From an uncultured candidate division Zixibacteria bacterium (lineage in GTDB: Bacteria > Zixibacteria > MSB-5A5 > GN15 > FEB-12), in the NCBI GenBank assembly GCA_963806185.1, contig CAWDXE010000006.1, positions 128,001 to 192,000 of the forward strand: 64,000 bases of DNA. Direction: 5' to 3'. A model generated the notes under the pieces. That model searched no databases and was not told where the DNA came from. It was given only the letters and a program-made list of their open reading frames with translations. Positions 10,916 to 20,948 of this stretch are shown one piece after another; positions within the stretch are counted from its first letter, which is position 1; each line of letters begins with the position of its first letter. A program made the translations under genes and the position numbers.

Positions 10916-11272
10916 ATGGTCCGTTATTTTGCCGCCATTGGATTGGCGATGGGGATTGCGACGCTGGGGTGTTCGAAGGAAGAACCGGCCCCGAAATCAT
11001 CGACCGAACAAACCGAAGCCAACAGCCTTACCGTCAAACTGCCCATCGAACAGGTGATGACCGAGTTCACGGACAGCCTTATGTCATTTCCGGGAGTAGT
11101 CGGTGTGGGCGTCGGCGACTCCGCCGGCAAGCCGTGTATCGCCGTGCTGGTCGTGGAAAAAACGACTGATCTTGAAGCGCAGGTGCCCAAACAATTGGGC
11201 GGCTATCCGGTCCGTATCGACGAGACGGGGGATTTCCGGCCCGACGATGATTCCATTCCGCCCGGCGACTGA
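10916..11272 (+). CDS. Small hypothetical lipoprotein
   Basis: ATG at 10916 after AAGGAAGG; lipobox TLGC; PGVVGVGVG..GKPCIAVLV..GGYPVRI domain. Confidence 0.7.
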   Translation: MVRYFAAIGLAMGIATLGCSKEEPAPKSSTEQTEANSLTVKLPIEQVMTEFTDSLMSFPGVVGVGVGDSAGKPCIAVLVVEKTTDLEAQVPKQLGGYPVRIDETGDFRPDDDSIPPGD

Positions 11273-11274
11273 GC

Positions 11275-12738
11275 CTACAGGTGGAAATACTCTTCGAAGG
11301 AATACCTGAACCCCTGCGGTGTAAACTCGCCGCTCTCCGTGTCCTGCACGTACGTCTGGCTAAAATCACCCGCGACAATCTTCCGAATCATCGCCACAAA
11401 CGTGTCAATCTCCGCCGTCGTGTTGTACAACCCGAACGACATCCGGATCGCCCCCGGCACGTGCGAACGGTCGCGGGCGAGAATCTCCAGCTCCAGTCGC
11501 TTGGCCTCATCGTCCGTCAGATTCAATAAATTACGAATGTACGTGTGGGCACAGAAACAACCCGATCGCACCCCAATGGCTCCCTCGTACCCGAGAATCG
11601 CCGCCACCAGCGAGTGTGGCAGATTGCCCACGTTCATCGAAATCACCCCCAGCCGGTTGATCGCCTGCGCCGGATCGGTTTCTCCGTAAACCGTAACCTC
11701 GGGGATCTTCCGCAATTGCTCCAATGCATGCGCTGTCAGCTCGCGCTCATGCTCGATTATCTGTTTCCACCCCAGCGCCTGAAACATCAGGATCGCCTTC
11801 CCCAGCGCCACTACCCCCACGATGTCGGGCGTGCCGGCTTCTTCCTTATCCGGAAGATCAGTCCAGTACGCTTCTTCAATCGTTACGATATCGACCACCC
11901 CGCCGCCGACTGTATCCGGTTCGCCGATTTCGAATATCCGCTTGTCACCCACCAGCACCCCGACGCCAAACGGCGCGTACATCTTGTGCGCGGAGAAAAC
12001 GAGAAAATCGATGCGATGCAATGGATCGTGCGGCTTCATGTCGATGGGACGGTGCGGCACCAGTTGCGCCCCGTCGACCACAAACCGCGCTCCCAGCTTG
12101 TGGGTGTGTTCGGCAAAGTAATCAAGATCGTTGATGTACCCGGTCACATTCGACGCACCCGTGATCGCCACCACTTTGATGCGTGAACCGAACTTGGCGA
12201 TCTTCGCCTGAAAATCCTCGCGGCTGATCGTCCCGTCAGCGTTCAACCCGACATGCTCGACCCGTCCCACTCGCCGCCAGGGAAGTTCATTGGAATGATG
12301 TTCCATGAGCGTCGTCAGGATGATGCTCTCCCGCCCCGGGCGCAGCCGATTGGCCAGCTTGTTGATGGCGTCGGTGGTGTTTTTCGTGAAGATGACCACT
12401 TGCTGATGCAGATCGGCCCCGACAAACTTCGCCACCAGGTCGCGCGACTCTTCGTACGCCCAACTCGAAAGCTGCGATTTGAAACCCGTGCCGCGATGTA
12501 CATTGGAATACCATTTCAGAAACGACGACACCGCATCGGAGATCGGTGCAAAGGTCGGCGTCGACGCGGCGTTATCGAAATTGACATACGTCTTCGGTCC
12601 GTGCATGGTCGGCACGACCGTGTGAGCCCCCACCATCAGGTCGGGCAGCCGATCGATCGTTATGTCACCGCTCTGGGCGGTCGCGGCGGTCTTGGACGAC
12701 ATAAGAATACTCCCGTCGTGTGCCGACATCGCGGTCAC
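11275..12738 (-). CDS. Class V PLP-dependent aminotransferase / cysteine desulfurase-like protein
   Basis: NFDNAASTP, EHHSN, DGAQ, SAHKM (PLP lysine), EAGTP, RSGCFCA. Exact start uncertain. Confidence 0.9.
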   Translation of the reverse strand: MTAMSAHDGSILMSSKTAATAQSGDITIDRLPDLMVGAHTVVPTMHGPKTYVNFDNAASTPTFAPISDAVSSFLKWYSNVHRGTGFKSQLSSWAYEESRDLVAKFVGADLHQQVVIFTKNTTDAINKLANRLRPGRESIILTTLMEHHSNELPWRRVGRVEHVGLNADGTISREDFQAKIAKFGSRIKVVAITGASNVTGYINDLDYFAEHTHKLGARFVVDGAQLVPHRPIDMKPHDPLHRIDFLVFSAHKMYAPFGVGVLVGDKRIFEIGEPDTVGGGVVDIVTIEEAYWTDLPDKEEAGTPDIVGVVALGKAILMFQALGWKQIIEHERELTAHALEQLRKIPEVTVYGETDPAQAINRLGVISMNVGNLPHSLVAAILGYEGAIGVRSGCFCAHTYIRNLLNLTDDEAKRLELEILARDRSHVPGAIRMSFGLYNTTAEIDTFVAMIRKIVAGDFSQTYVQDTESGEFTPQGFRYSFEEYFHL

Positions 12739-12765
12739 GATGCATGTACCAAAGTAGAGGCGATG

Positions 12766-13977
12766 TCAGGATTTTTCCAGAAATTCCAGATACTGCGACG
12801 CCCACATCTCCCGGTGATGATACCGGGTCGCGTGCGTATGATACGATTTCCCCAGACTGTCACCGTCGATCTTGCCCGATTTCAAGTCGAGAATCAGCTC
12901 CGTTAAGTGGCGCGGATTATCGGTTGCAAACGCCAGCGCACCGCCCGCCCGCTCAAGTTCCCGTACCGCTTCACCGTCGCGCGATCCAAACAGAATCGGG
13001 CGGCCGGAAGCCATGTACTCAAACAACTTACAGGGAAACGTACCGCGCGTTATGGGCACTTCGCGAAGACTCTCTATGAGAACGTCACTGGCCTTCAAAA
13101 AGTGAGGAATGGTCTCCAGCGGCTGTGAGCCAACGAAGCGGACATTTTCCAGACCGTACTCCGCTACCATCTGCTCAAGCTTCGCCCGCTTCTCACCCTC
13201 GCCGACAAACACGAACAGGATATCCGGGCGATCAGTCAGGTGGCGCGCCGATTCAACCAGCGTCTCCAGTTTGTGCGCCCAGCCGAGTGTCCCGGCGTAC
13301 AGGATAAGATACTTGCCGTGCCACCCGAATTTGGTGCGAATACCGTTGTAATCCGCCGTCGAAAACTCCGGAGCAAACCCGGATTTGATCGTCTCCACGC
13401 GCGTCGGTTCAATGCCAAGCTGTCTGATATAGTCGGCGATACCGTCGGTGGCCGCAACAATCTTCTCCGCCTTGCGGTAGAGCGAATGCATCATCCACTT
13501 GAGCGAACGGGTGAAGACGGACTTGTTGAGATTGCCGAAATCCTCGCTTGATTCCGGCTGAAGATCGCGAATCTCAATGACAAACCGGGCACCCCGGAAC
13601 TTGCTCAATAGCCACCCGATCACCGGCGTATTCACCGGTGGCGTGGAGGCCAGCACCAGGTCAACTTTTCCTTTGATCCGAAACGCGTTCAGAAGGGCGG
13701 TAAAAAAGAACACGGCGAATCCGATCATCCGCCGAGTAGGGTGACGATTCGAGGCCGGTAGGACCCAGCTTCGGAATACCCGTACCCCTTCCATCTCCTC
13801 GTAATAGAACAGCTTACCACGATACTTCTCGGGTACTATGCCATCCGGGTAGTTCGGCATAGCCGTGAGTACTGACACCTGATGGCCTTGCCGCACGAAG
13901 AAACGGGCAAATTCATATAGCCGCCGAACCGCTCCGCGTTCTGGCGGAAAATGTTGTGTGACAATCAGTATGTGCAT
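12766..13977 (-). CDS. GT4 family glycosyltransferase (WbuB-like)
   Basis: MHILIVTQHFPPE, MPNYP, YAGTLG, PCKLFEYMASGRPI. Confidence 0.9.
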   Translation of the reverse strand: MHILIVTQHFPPERGAVRRLYEFARFFVRQGHQVSVLTAMPNYPDGIVPEKYRGKLFYYEEMEGVRVFRSWVLPASNRHPTRRMIGFAVFFFTALLNAFRIKGKVDLVLASTPPVNTPVIGWLLSKFRGARFVIEIRDLQPESSEDFGNLNKSVFTRSLKWMMHSLYRKAEKIVAATDGIADYIRQLGIEPTRVETIKSGFAPEFSTADYNGIRTKFGWHGKYLILYAGTLGWAHKLETLVESARHLTDRPDILFVFVGEGEKRAKLEQMVAEYGLENVRFVGSQPLETIPHFLKASDVLIESLREVPITRGTFPCKLFEYMASGRPILFGSRDGEAVRELERAGGALAFATDNPRHLTELILDLKSGKIDGDSLGKSYHTHATRYHHREMWASQYLEFLEKS

Positions 13978-14174
13978 ACAATGTCAAGAATTGTACCTCT
14001 TTTTGCCCCTGCAAGCAATAATTTTGTTCGCGCCTCCGGCTTTTTTTGACCGCCGTTCCCAATTAACTTGACAAAGCCCCTCGTGATTTTTTTCATTTGC
14101 GCCAGTGCTATTGCGGAATTTGTACACTACATTTGTGTATAAAGGACCAAAGACATCTTAGGAGGTTGTTGTTC

Positions 14175-14687
14175 ATGAGACTTGCCAAACTCTCTCTCAT
14201 CATCCTGGCCTTGGCGGCGATTCTTGCCTCGATTGCCATCGCCCAGGAAAAGCCGAAGGCCACCATCGTTGGCCCGGAAAAATGCAAAATGTGCCATAAG
14301 GCTGAATTCACTGCGTGGTCTGCCACCAAGCATGCCAAGGCCTTCGACGCGCTGAAGCCCGAAGAACAAGCCAAGGCCGAATGCGTCGGCTGCCACGTTA
14401 CTGGTAAGACGGCCGAAGGCGTTGCGGTGAACGGCGTGACTTGCGAAGCCTGCCACGGCGCCGGCTCGGAGTACAAGAAGCCGACTATCATGTCAGCGGC
14501 CAAATGGAAAGCCGAACCTGACAAGTACAAAAAGATGGCTCTGGAAGCCGGCCTCGTTATGCCGACTGAAGCCACCTGCAAGAACTGCCATAAGGCTGAA
14601 GGAAACGCGAACTTCAAGGAACGCGATTTCAAGGCCCTGATGAGCCAGGTTCACGCGGTCAAGGCGGAAGCCCCGGCCACGAAGTAA
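14175..14687 (+). CDS. Periplasmic tetraheme cytochrome c (c554-like)
   Basis: AGGAGG RBS then ATG 14175; signal peptide; four CxxCH motifs (CKMCH, CVGCH, CEACH, CKNCH); VTCEACHGAGS. Confidence 0.9.
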   Translation: MRLAKLSLIILALAAILASIAIAQEKPKATIVGPEKCKMCHKAEFTAWSATKHAKAFDALKPEEQAKAECVGCHVTGKTAEGVAVNGVTCEACHGAGSEYKKPTIMSAAKWKAEPDKYKKMALEAGLVMPTEATCKNCHKAEGNANFKERDFKALMSQVHAVKAEAPATK

Positions 14688-14715
14688 GACGAACTGACAA
14701 GTTGAAATAGCACGC

Positions 14716-14747
14716 AGCGGCTCGCGCAAGCGAGCCGCTCTTATTTT
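14716..14747 (+). terminator. Rho-independent terminator
   Basis: agcggctcgc-gcaa-gcgagccgct followed by cttatttt. Confidence 0.75.
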
Positions 14748-14857
14748 GCCGACTGTGGTCGGTGATATCGTCTTCCGGCTGTGTTGCAATCATTGACCCA
14801 CATAATGTATATTTACCGCAACGCCATGTCACCCGACACACAGGAGGATTGCCCGCT

Positions 14858-15271
14858 ATGGCCGAACTGAAAACCAGAGCCACGACCGCCAGTGTCGCGA
14901 AATTTCTTGCCGCCATTACCGATGAGGGCCGCCGCAAGGACGGCCGGAAGATCGCCGTCATGATGGAAAAGATCACGCGCGCCAAACCGAAAATGTGGGG
15001 GCCGAGTATCGTCGGATTCGGCGAGTATAAATATACCTACGCCGACGGGCGTGAACTGGATTGGCCAATGGTCGGCTTCTCACCGCGCAAGCAGGCCATT
15101 TCCATCTACCTGATGGGTGGATTGCAGCATCAGGCCAAATGGCTCAAAAAGCTGGGCAAGCACAAGACCGGCAAAGGGTGCCTGTACGTCAATCGGCTCG
15201 CCGACATTGATTTCGAGGTCCTGACAGCGATGGTGAAAGCATCGGTGGCAAAGATGAAAGCGCGTTTGTGA
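14858..15271 (+). CDS. DUF1801 domain protein
   Basis: AGGAGG RBS, ATG 14858; MWGPSIVGFG.Y.Y, GFSPRK, LGKHKTGKGCLY. Confidence 0.85.
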   Translation: MAELKTRATTASVAKFLAAITDEGRRKDGRKIAVMMEKITRAKPKMWGPSIVGFGEYKYTYADGRELDWPMVGFSPRKQAISIYLMGGLQHQAKWLKKLGKHKTGKGCLYVNRLADIDFEVLTAMVKASVAKMKARL

Positions 15272-15389
15272 TTTACGTTTGGATAACCTGCAAACATCAA
15301 CACCGCAAAGCCACCGCACTATGGCATTTTCCTGCGGCAGCCGACAACCGACCATTATCTCGTTGATGAACGCCGATTGAGATGAAACC

Positions 15390-15875
15390 TCAGGCGTAAT
15401 TGGTCATCATCTCCGATATCATGCGCATGTGACCCGCCTCGAATTTCGCCAACTGCTCGAACATCTTCTTCCCCTCGGTCTGATCCATGATCTTCGCCTG
15501 ACCGTCAAACAGGTCATGCGCTTCCTTCTCGAGCTGATAGGCAAGATCGAGAATCTGCTTCACCGTCGTCGTCTTCGCCAATTGGCTGAGCAAATCACGA
15601 TGCACGGCCGACATATCCTCCGTGATCTCCGGCAGCCCGGGCATTTTGAGAATGTCCGCCGTACTGATCCACTTCTCACTTCGGTTCAGCGAATCGTACT
15701 GACGTTCCAGCACGTGAAAATGGTCCTTCTCTTCATGCGCCAGCTTCTCCAGTATGGTCTTGAACGCGGCCGACTGACTCTTCTTAGCCGCCGCGACATA
15801 GAAGACATAACTCGCTACCTCGGACTTAATTCCCGCTGTGAGAGCATCCAGAATCTGTCGACTAACCGGGGTCAT
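15390..15875 (-). CDS. Rubrerythrin/ferritin-like family protein
   Basis: Two E...FY...ExxH-type half-sites (LAHEEKDH, LAKFEAGH); start placed at ATG 15875 after GAGGA. Confidence 0.8.
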   Translation of the reverse strand: MTPVSRQILDALTAGIKSEVASYVFYVAAAKKSQSAAFKTILEKLAHEEKDHFHVLERQYDSLNRSEKWISTADILKMPGLPEITEDMSAVHRDLLSQLAKTTTVKQILDLAYQLEKEAHDLFDGQAKIMDQTEGKKMFEQLAKFEAGHMRMISEMMTNYA

Positions 15876-16140
15876 ATCTGCTTCCTCTATGATCAAATGC
15901 CAAATCTTCTATCTCTTACCGGCCGCCCGGCAAACACCACCAACTAAGTTATCTTTTTCACAAGCGATGTCAACAGAATTGTGGCGCTCAATCTTCGACG
16001 CCGCTGCTTTCCCTTGCGTCCGTTCGGCTCATGTGCTAATATGTCTCTATTAGGTCAAAGTGACCAACCCTGCGCTCATTCAAGCCGGGGACTAAACGTC
16101 TAATGCCATCCTCCAGGCGTGTGCATGCTCCGGGAATGGT

Positions 16141-18417
16141 ATGCCGCAGATCAGAGTTCGGATCCGATTCAGTTGTCGCAGCAGATGCGTGCTCGCGCTG
16201 GTGTATGCGCTTTTATGGCTCACGGCGCCGACGAGTACATATGCCCAATCCTGCTGTGAAAGCGCCACCGGCAACCTCGATTGTGAAGAGATGTCCATTC
16301 CCGACATCGCCGACCTCACCATCCTCGTCGATCACCTCTTCCTCACCTTCACCCCGCTCTGCTGTGAGGCCGAGGGGAATGTCGATGGCAGCGCCGACGG
16401 CGTGATTGACATCGCCGATCTCCAGGCCCTGATCGAGAATCTCTTTATCAGTTTTGCGGAGACCTCGCCGTGCGATATGGAACGCGTCGTAACCGACTCG
16501 ACCCGGCTGGCGATCGTCCGTATCGTTGCCCCGGTCGCAGACTCATTACTGCGTCACAGTCTCCACTTTGGTGAAGACCTGCGCGATTTTCTTTCCACCA
16601 TCCCCCGATTCGAAGCGACCGGGTACGACACGGCCACACAGAGCGTATGGGGAAGGTTCGTCGACGGCACGCTTTATGTCGCCGTCGACAATTTTGCGCC
16701 TTCCACTGACAGCGGTATGTCGACGCTCATATCATCTGCCTCGACGCCTCCGCGCGTGTCATCACCGCCAGGAATGGCATCCATCGCGAAACGTACAAAC
16801 ACTGCTCCCGCCGGCCTGCCCTGGTCGACCTCCGTGCGCTCACTGGTCACGCTCGACAGCACTTTTCGGCCCGGCAATGAGGCGATTGAGACTATGCTCC
16901 AGGCCAACGGCTACACCGTTGTTTCGCGCGATGCGTCCGTCGACGGACTGCTTCACGTGGGGGGCGATGGCGTTTTCTATTTTATGACTCACGGCGGCCA
17001 CGCACACTTGCGCTATGGTCGGGAGACCTTTGCCCTGGAGACCACGACACTCTGTACGGAGTCAACCGTTGCCGTCTATCACACGGGGCTGGAAACAGGT
17101 TCCCTGGCGATCATGCAGGTGATGGATCGCGCGCGCCTTACTTCTCAGCTGCGCTTAGCCATCACCACCGATTTCGTGATTGCCCACTGGAATGACTTCG
17201 CCCCCAACGCGATGGTCTTCATCAACACCGGCGGCATTCTCGCTCCGCAGGGTTTGTCCCTTCGGGAGATTCTTTTCGAAAAGAAAGCGTCCGCGTGTTT
17301 CGGTTGGACCGGCCCGATCGGTGCTGATGCCGCCAATTTCGTCGCCTCATTCTTGTTTGATCGCCTGCTCGGCGCCAACGAAATCGAACCAAAAGAAACT
17401 CCGGCCCAACGTGCCTTCGACTATCAGCACATCTATCAGGATCTCGTCTCACGCGCTTTGCATCAATACACCCCCGGCGACAAAACTCCGGGTACGACAA
17501 CATTTCAGGTTGATGCCGGCCCCGGCGATTTCGGCCTGCTCACACCAAGCATCCGCCGGCTATCGATCGACGCTCATGACGTCATGTCAGTGACCGGCTT
17601 CTGCGGAGACAATCCCGGCGCCGCAGGACGCCTGCTCGTGAATGACACATCGCTCCCGGTGTTGTCGTGGGAACCGGGTCTCATTCGCGTGCAACTGCCC
17701 GACTCCGGCCTTGGCGCCGTTGGCCCGGTCGCCATCGAGATCGATCCCCGCTCAAACGGCGGCGCAACACCCGCCATTCGTCGAAGCAACATTGTTCACC
17801 TCACCGCGTGGGAAGGCTCTATGACCTACACCCATACCGATCTCGGCACTCTCAAGTACACGATCGATTCAGACATCCGCCTTCGCGCCGATCTGCATCC
17901 GTACCGCGACGAACCGCATACCGTTCCCCTTCTTCCACCTGTCGACGTCGTTGGATCGCTGGCCACAAGCGCCGACATATCCGCCGCCGGCACACACACG
18001 ATGACCACGGGAGATTCTTCGATCACCATCAAATGGTCGGGCGGCTGCACGGTGCCGGCCGCTGCAATCGAATCGGCTGACGGTCAGTTTGTTGCCGGTG
18101 TGTTTGATGCACAGAACTACTTGCTGAACTTGCGACTTTCCATGAATGGCGCCGATAGTTGCATCACCGCCACCACCCTGCTTAATTCCGGCGATTCAAC
18201 GCACCGCTTCCTCACCGCCACAATCGATTCCACTATATATGATGATAAACCAGGTCTGATTTTTCACCTGCCCTTGGAAGTTAATTGGGATATTCAGTCC
18301 GGAATTCGCCAAAGCATTGTTCCGTCACTCGTTGACCCATCGAAATCCATGAGCATCAGGCTCCAGTGGAACACGCTTTCAGCCCAGTACCCTCCGCACC
18401 CTGACGCTCCCCGGTAG
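16141..18417 (+). CDS. Secreted protein with N-terminal dockerin-like domain and IPT/TIG-like domain
   Basis: Signal peptide, then CC...DIADLTILVDHLFLTF..CC..GNVDG..DIADLQALIENLFISF..C; central THGG region; SW...IRVQLP...GPV IPT-like strands. Confidence 0.7.
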   Translation: MPQIRVRIRFSCRSRCVLALVYALLWLTAPTSTYAQSCCESATGNLDCEEMSIPDIADLTILVDHLFLTFTPLCCEAEGNVDGSADGVIDIADLQALIENLFISFAETSPCDMERVVTDSTRLAIVRIVAPVADSLLRHSLHFGEDLRDFLSTIPRFEATGYDTATQSVWGRFVDGTLYVAVDNFAPSTDSGMSTLISSASTPPRVSSPPGMASIAKRTNTAPAGLPWSTSVRSLVTLDSTFRPGNEAIETMLQANGYTVVSRDASVDGLLHVGGDGVFYFMTHGGHAHLRYGRETFALETTTLCTESTVAVYHTGLETGSLAIMQVMDRARLTSQLRLAITTDFVIAHWNDFAPNAMVFINTGGILAPQGLSLREILFEKKASACFGWTGPIGADAANFVASFLFDRLLGANEIEPKETPAQRAFDYQHIYQDLVSRALHQYTPGDKTPGTTTFQVDAGPGDFGLLTPSIRRLSIDAHDVMSVTGFCGDNPGAAGRLLVNDTSLPVLSWEPGLIRVQLPDSGLGAVGPVAIEIDPRSNGGATPAIRRSNIVHLTAWEGSMTYTHTDLGTLKYTIDSDIRLRADLHPYRDEPHTVPLLPPVDVVGSLATSADISAAGTHTMTTGDSSITIKWSGGCTVPAAAIESADGQFVAGVFDAQNYLLNLRLSMNGADSCITATTLLNSGDSTHRFLTATIDSTIYDDKPGLIFHLPLEVNWDIQSGIRQSIVPSLVDPSKSMSIRLQWNTLSAQYPPHPDAPR

Positions 18418-18462
18418 CATATTCCGCTTGCCAGCCGGTACGCCGGCAATCATACTCCATAT

Positions 18463-19159
18463 ATGCCAACGGATTTAGCAGCGAACCTTCTGCGAGATTG
18501 AACGTCAAATCACCGACGCCTGCGTTACGGCCCGTCGTAACCGCGACGCGGTCACCATCATCGCCATCACCAAGACTCACCCCGCGACCGTCATCACCGA
18601 CGCCGTTAATTTGGGATTGCCCGATATCGGCGAAAGCCGCGTGCAGGAAGCGGAAGAAAAGTTCGCGCAGATCGGCCACATCGGCCGGTATCATCTGGTC
18701 GGGCATCTGCAGAGCAACAAGGTGAAAAAGGCGGTGCAGCTATTCGATGTCATCCATTCGGTCGATTCGCTCAAGCTGGCCGAAGAGATCAGCAAGCGCG
18801 CCGCTGAACAAGACAAGACGATAGACTGCCTCATCGAAGTCAACACTTCAGAAGAGCCGCAAAAGCACGGTGTCCAGCCGACCGAGGCGGTCGCCCTCAT
18901 CCGCGAGATTTTCCCCCTCCCACATCTCCGGCTGGTTGGATTAATGACCGTCGGCCCCCTGACTGACAATGCCGATCGGATTCGGGATGCTTTCCGGATG
19001 CTCCGGCACCTGCTCTTCCACGGCCAGGACATTGCCGGACCGCAATTTAGCGAACTTTCCATGGGTATGTCGGGCGACTTTGACCTGGCTATTCAGGAAG
19101 GCGCCACCATGATCCGTCTCGGTACCGCCCTTTTCGGCGCTCGCGAACCGCAAGTCTGA
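18463..19159 (+). CDS. yggS: YggS family pyridoxal phosphate homeostasis protein (frameshifted near 18490)
   Basis: ATG 18463 MPTDLAANL; after skipping 1 base: EIERQITDAC...IIAITKTH...GESRVQE...HLVGHLQSNK...LSMGMSGD..IRLGTALFG. Confidence 0.9.
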
Positions 19160-19326
19160 CACTCCCCGATTCACGCTAAGAACCGATCTTTTTTGGAGTT
19201 GGCGGTTAACTTTGCCCGTCCCCTGTTCGATAACTAGAGGGTAGCGGCCGATTGAGCTGATTAGTGTTTGCACAGCCAGAGCGCCGGAAAACCAGGGAGT
19301 CTATGCCCGCAACCAGTGAGACGCGT

Positions 19327-20346
19327 ATGGAGCTAACACCCAACGATATCCGTAATCTTGAGTTCGCGAATTCCCTTCGCGGCTACGACAAGGACGCCGT
19401 CGATACCTTCAAAGAGCAGGTCGCTCGGGCGCTTGAAACCGTCAAGCAGGAAAATGTCAAATTGAACATGGAACTGGAATCCCTGCGGATCCAGGTCGCC
19501 GGCATCAAACAATTCGAGGACACCATTAAGAGCGCGGCCATCGATTCCCGCCGCAACGCCGACATGCTGTTGGCAAACGCCCGCAAGGAGGCCGAGCAGC
19601 TTGTCACCGCGGCGAAAGCCGAAGCTGAGAAACTGATGGCTTCGCGCAGCGACCGCATGCATGACATCGAACAGCGCCTCCAGAATCTAGATCTGGTCAG
19701 AAAATCCTATGTCGCCAAACTGCGCGGCATGATACAGTCGCACATGGAACTGGTCAACGAGATCGCTCGCGAGTCGGCGACGCCCATGACGACGCAATTA
19801 CGAGAGCATCGCCGCGAAGATAACATCGACATTACCGAATCTACCGAGGTCCGCCGCGCCATGCGCGAGACCGTCGCCACTCAGCCGTCAACGTCCGATG
19901 CGCCGGTACTCGAGGAAGCCAACGCCGCCGGCAATATCATTGCCGCCGTCCACCAGGCGACGGAAGAAATCCAGTCGCTTACCAAGACGTTGCGGGGCGA
20001 GGATGATCCGTCGGTCGATCCCGAACTGGCCGCCGCTCTGGAGAACTACAACAAAGTAGCACAGTCGCAAGGCGCCGATGGCACCAAGAAGCGGGCCAAA
20101 GACACCCAGCCGATTCCGATCTCTGAAAATGCCCTGGGTCGCGTGACGACTATCAACAACGAGCAGGTCCTTGAGGAACCGGATCACGCGCATCCGACAG
20201 AAGAACACGACAGTCAGACCGAACACAACTCGATCAATATCGATCAACCGATAGCCGCCAATCCGGTGGCCGACAGTCTGGCGCGCGAACTCGACGAGGT
20301 CGCGGCCAAGTTCGAAGAGGAAATGGACAAAGCGGACAAGGTCTGA
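19327..20346 (+). CDS. DivIVA domain protein with long acidic C-terminal extension
   Basis: MELTPNDIRNLEFANSLRGYDKDAVDTF, then coiled coil; downstream of yggS. Alternative start at 19303. Confidence 0.85.
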   Translation: MELTPNDIRNLEFANSLRGYDKDAVDTFKEQVARALETVKQENVKLNMELESLRIQVAGIKQFEDTIKSAAIDSRRNADMLLANARKEAEQLVTAAKAEAEKLMASRSDRMHDIEQRLQNLDLVRKSYVAKLRGMIQSHMELVNEIARESATPMTTQLREHRREDNIDITESTEVRRAMRETVATQPSTSDAPVLEEANAAGNIIAAVHQATEEIQSLTKTLRGEDDPSVDPELAAALENYNKVAQSQGADGTKKRAKDTQPIPISENALGRVTTINNEQVLEEPDHAHPTEEHDSQTEHNSINIDQPIAANPVADSLARELDEVAAKFEEEMDKADKV

Positions 20347-20367
20347 GCCACACATTGCAGAACACAC

Positions 20368-20404
20368 AAAGCCGCCCGGCCTGCACCCGGCGGCTTTCTT
20401 ATTT
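20368..20404 (+). terminator. Rho-independent terminator
   Basis: aaagccgcc..ggcggcttt followed by cttattt. Confidence 0.65.
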
Positions 20405-20423
20405 GCACGCCAGTCGACACTTT

Positions 20424-20926
20424 GTCATCGTGAATCATTCCCCGCTTCGTCATCCTGAATCATCCTCCCGCCTCGTCATCCTGAATCATTCCTATGATTC
20501 AGGATCTCAATGTTCACCGAATCGCCAAACAAGTCATCCCCGCCCTCCCATTTGTCATTCCCGCGAAAGCGGGAATCCAGGGTAGGGATTAGCCGGTCCG
20601 TGACCTCGTCGGTGATGCTGTAGAGACTCTGCAAACACCCCACCGCGTAGACGGTGGGGTCCGGATGGAGGACGAGGCTGGCGCACGAGGCGTACGCCAG
20701 CCATGGGATGAAGAGAGCTGAGAGATTGCCACGGCGCGAAACGCGCCTCGCAATGACTGCGACGAGATAATGGAGCGAGCAGGGAAAGTACGTGATAAAC
20801 GAAAGTGTTAAGATTGCTTCGTCGCGTTGGGAAACGCTCCTCGCAATGAGTATTGATGCGGTACGTCGCACTGCCCAGGACCTGACTCTACGAAGATGGC
20901 CGGCGCACGAGACGTACGCCGGCCAC
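20424..20926. repeat. Dense multi-family REP-like cluster
   Basis: gtcatcctgaatcat x3 ending in a full hairpin (20424-20508); gtcattcccgcgaaagcgggaatccag (20554-20580); ccccaccg hairpin (20637); ggcgcacgag.cgtacgcc (about 20678 and 20898); gattgc...ctcgcaatga (20722, 20810). Confidence 0.85.
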
Positions 20927-20948
20927 CGAAATCAATCGCTCTTCATCC

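Noticed and set aside
14081..14098. Rex-type operator upstream of the cytochrome gene
   Set aside because: Five mismatches to TTGTGAA-N4-TTCACAA.
20476..20871. ORFs across REP clusters (e.g. CHSRESGNP, IPAFAGMT peptides, also 40294-40684 and 32139-32550)
   Set aside because: They are translations of palindromic repeats, with no RBS or protein family features.
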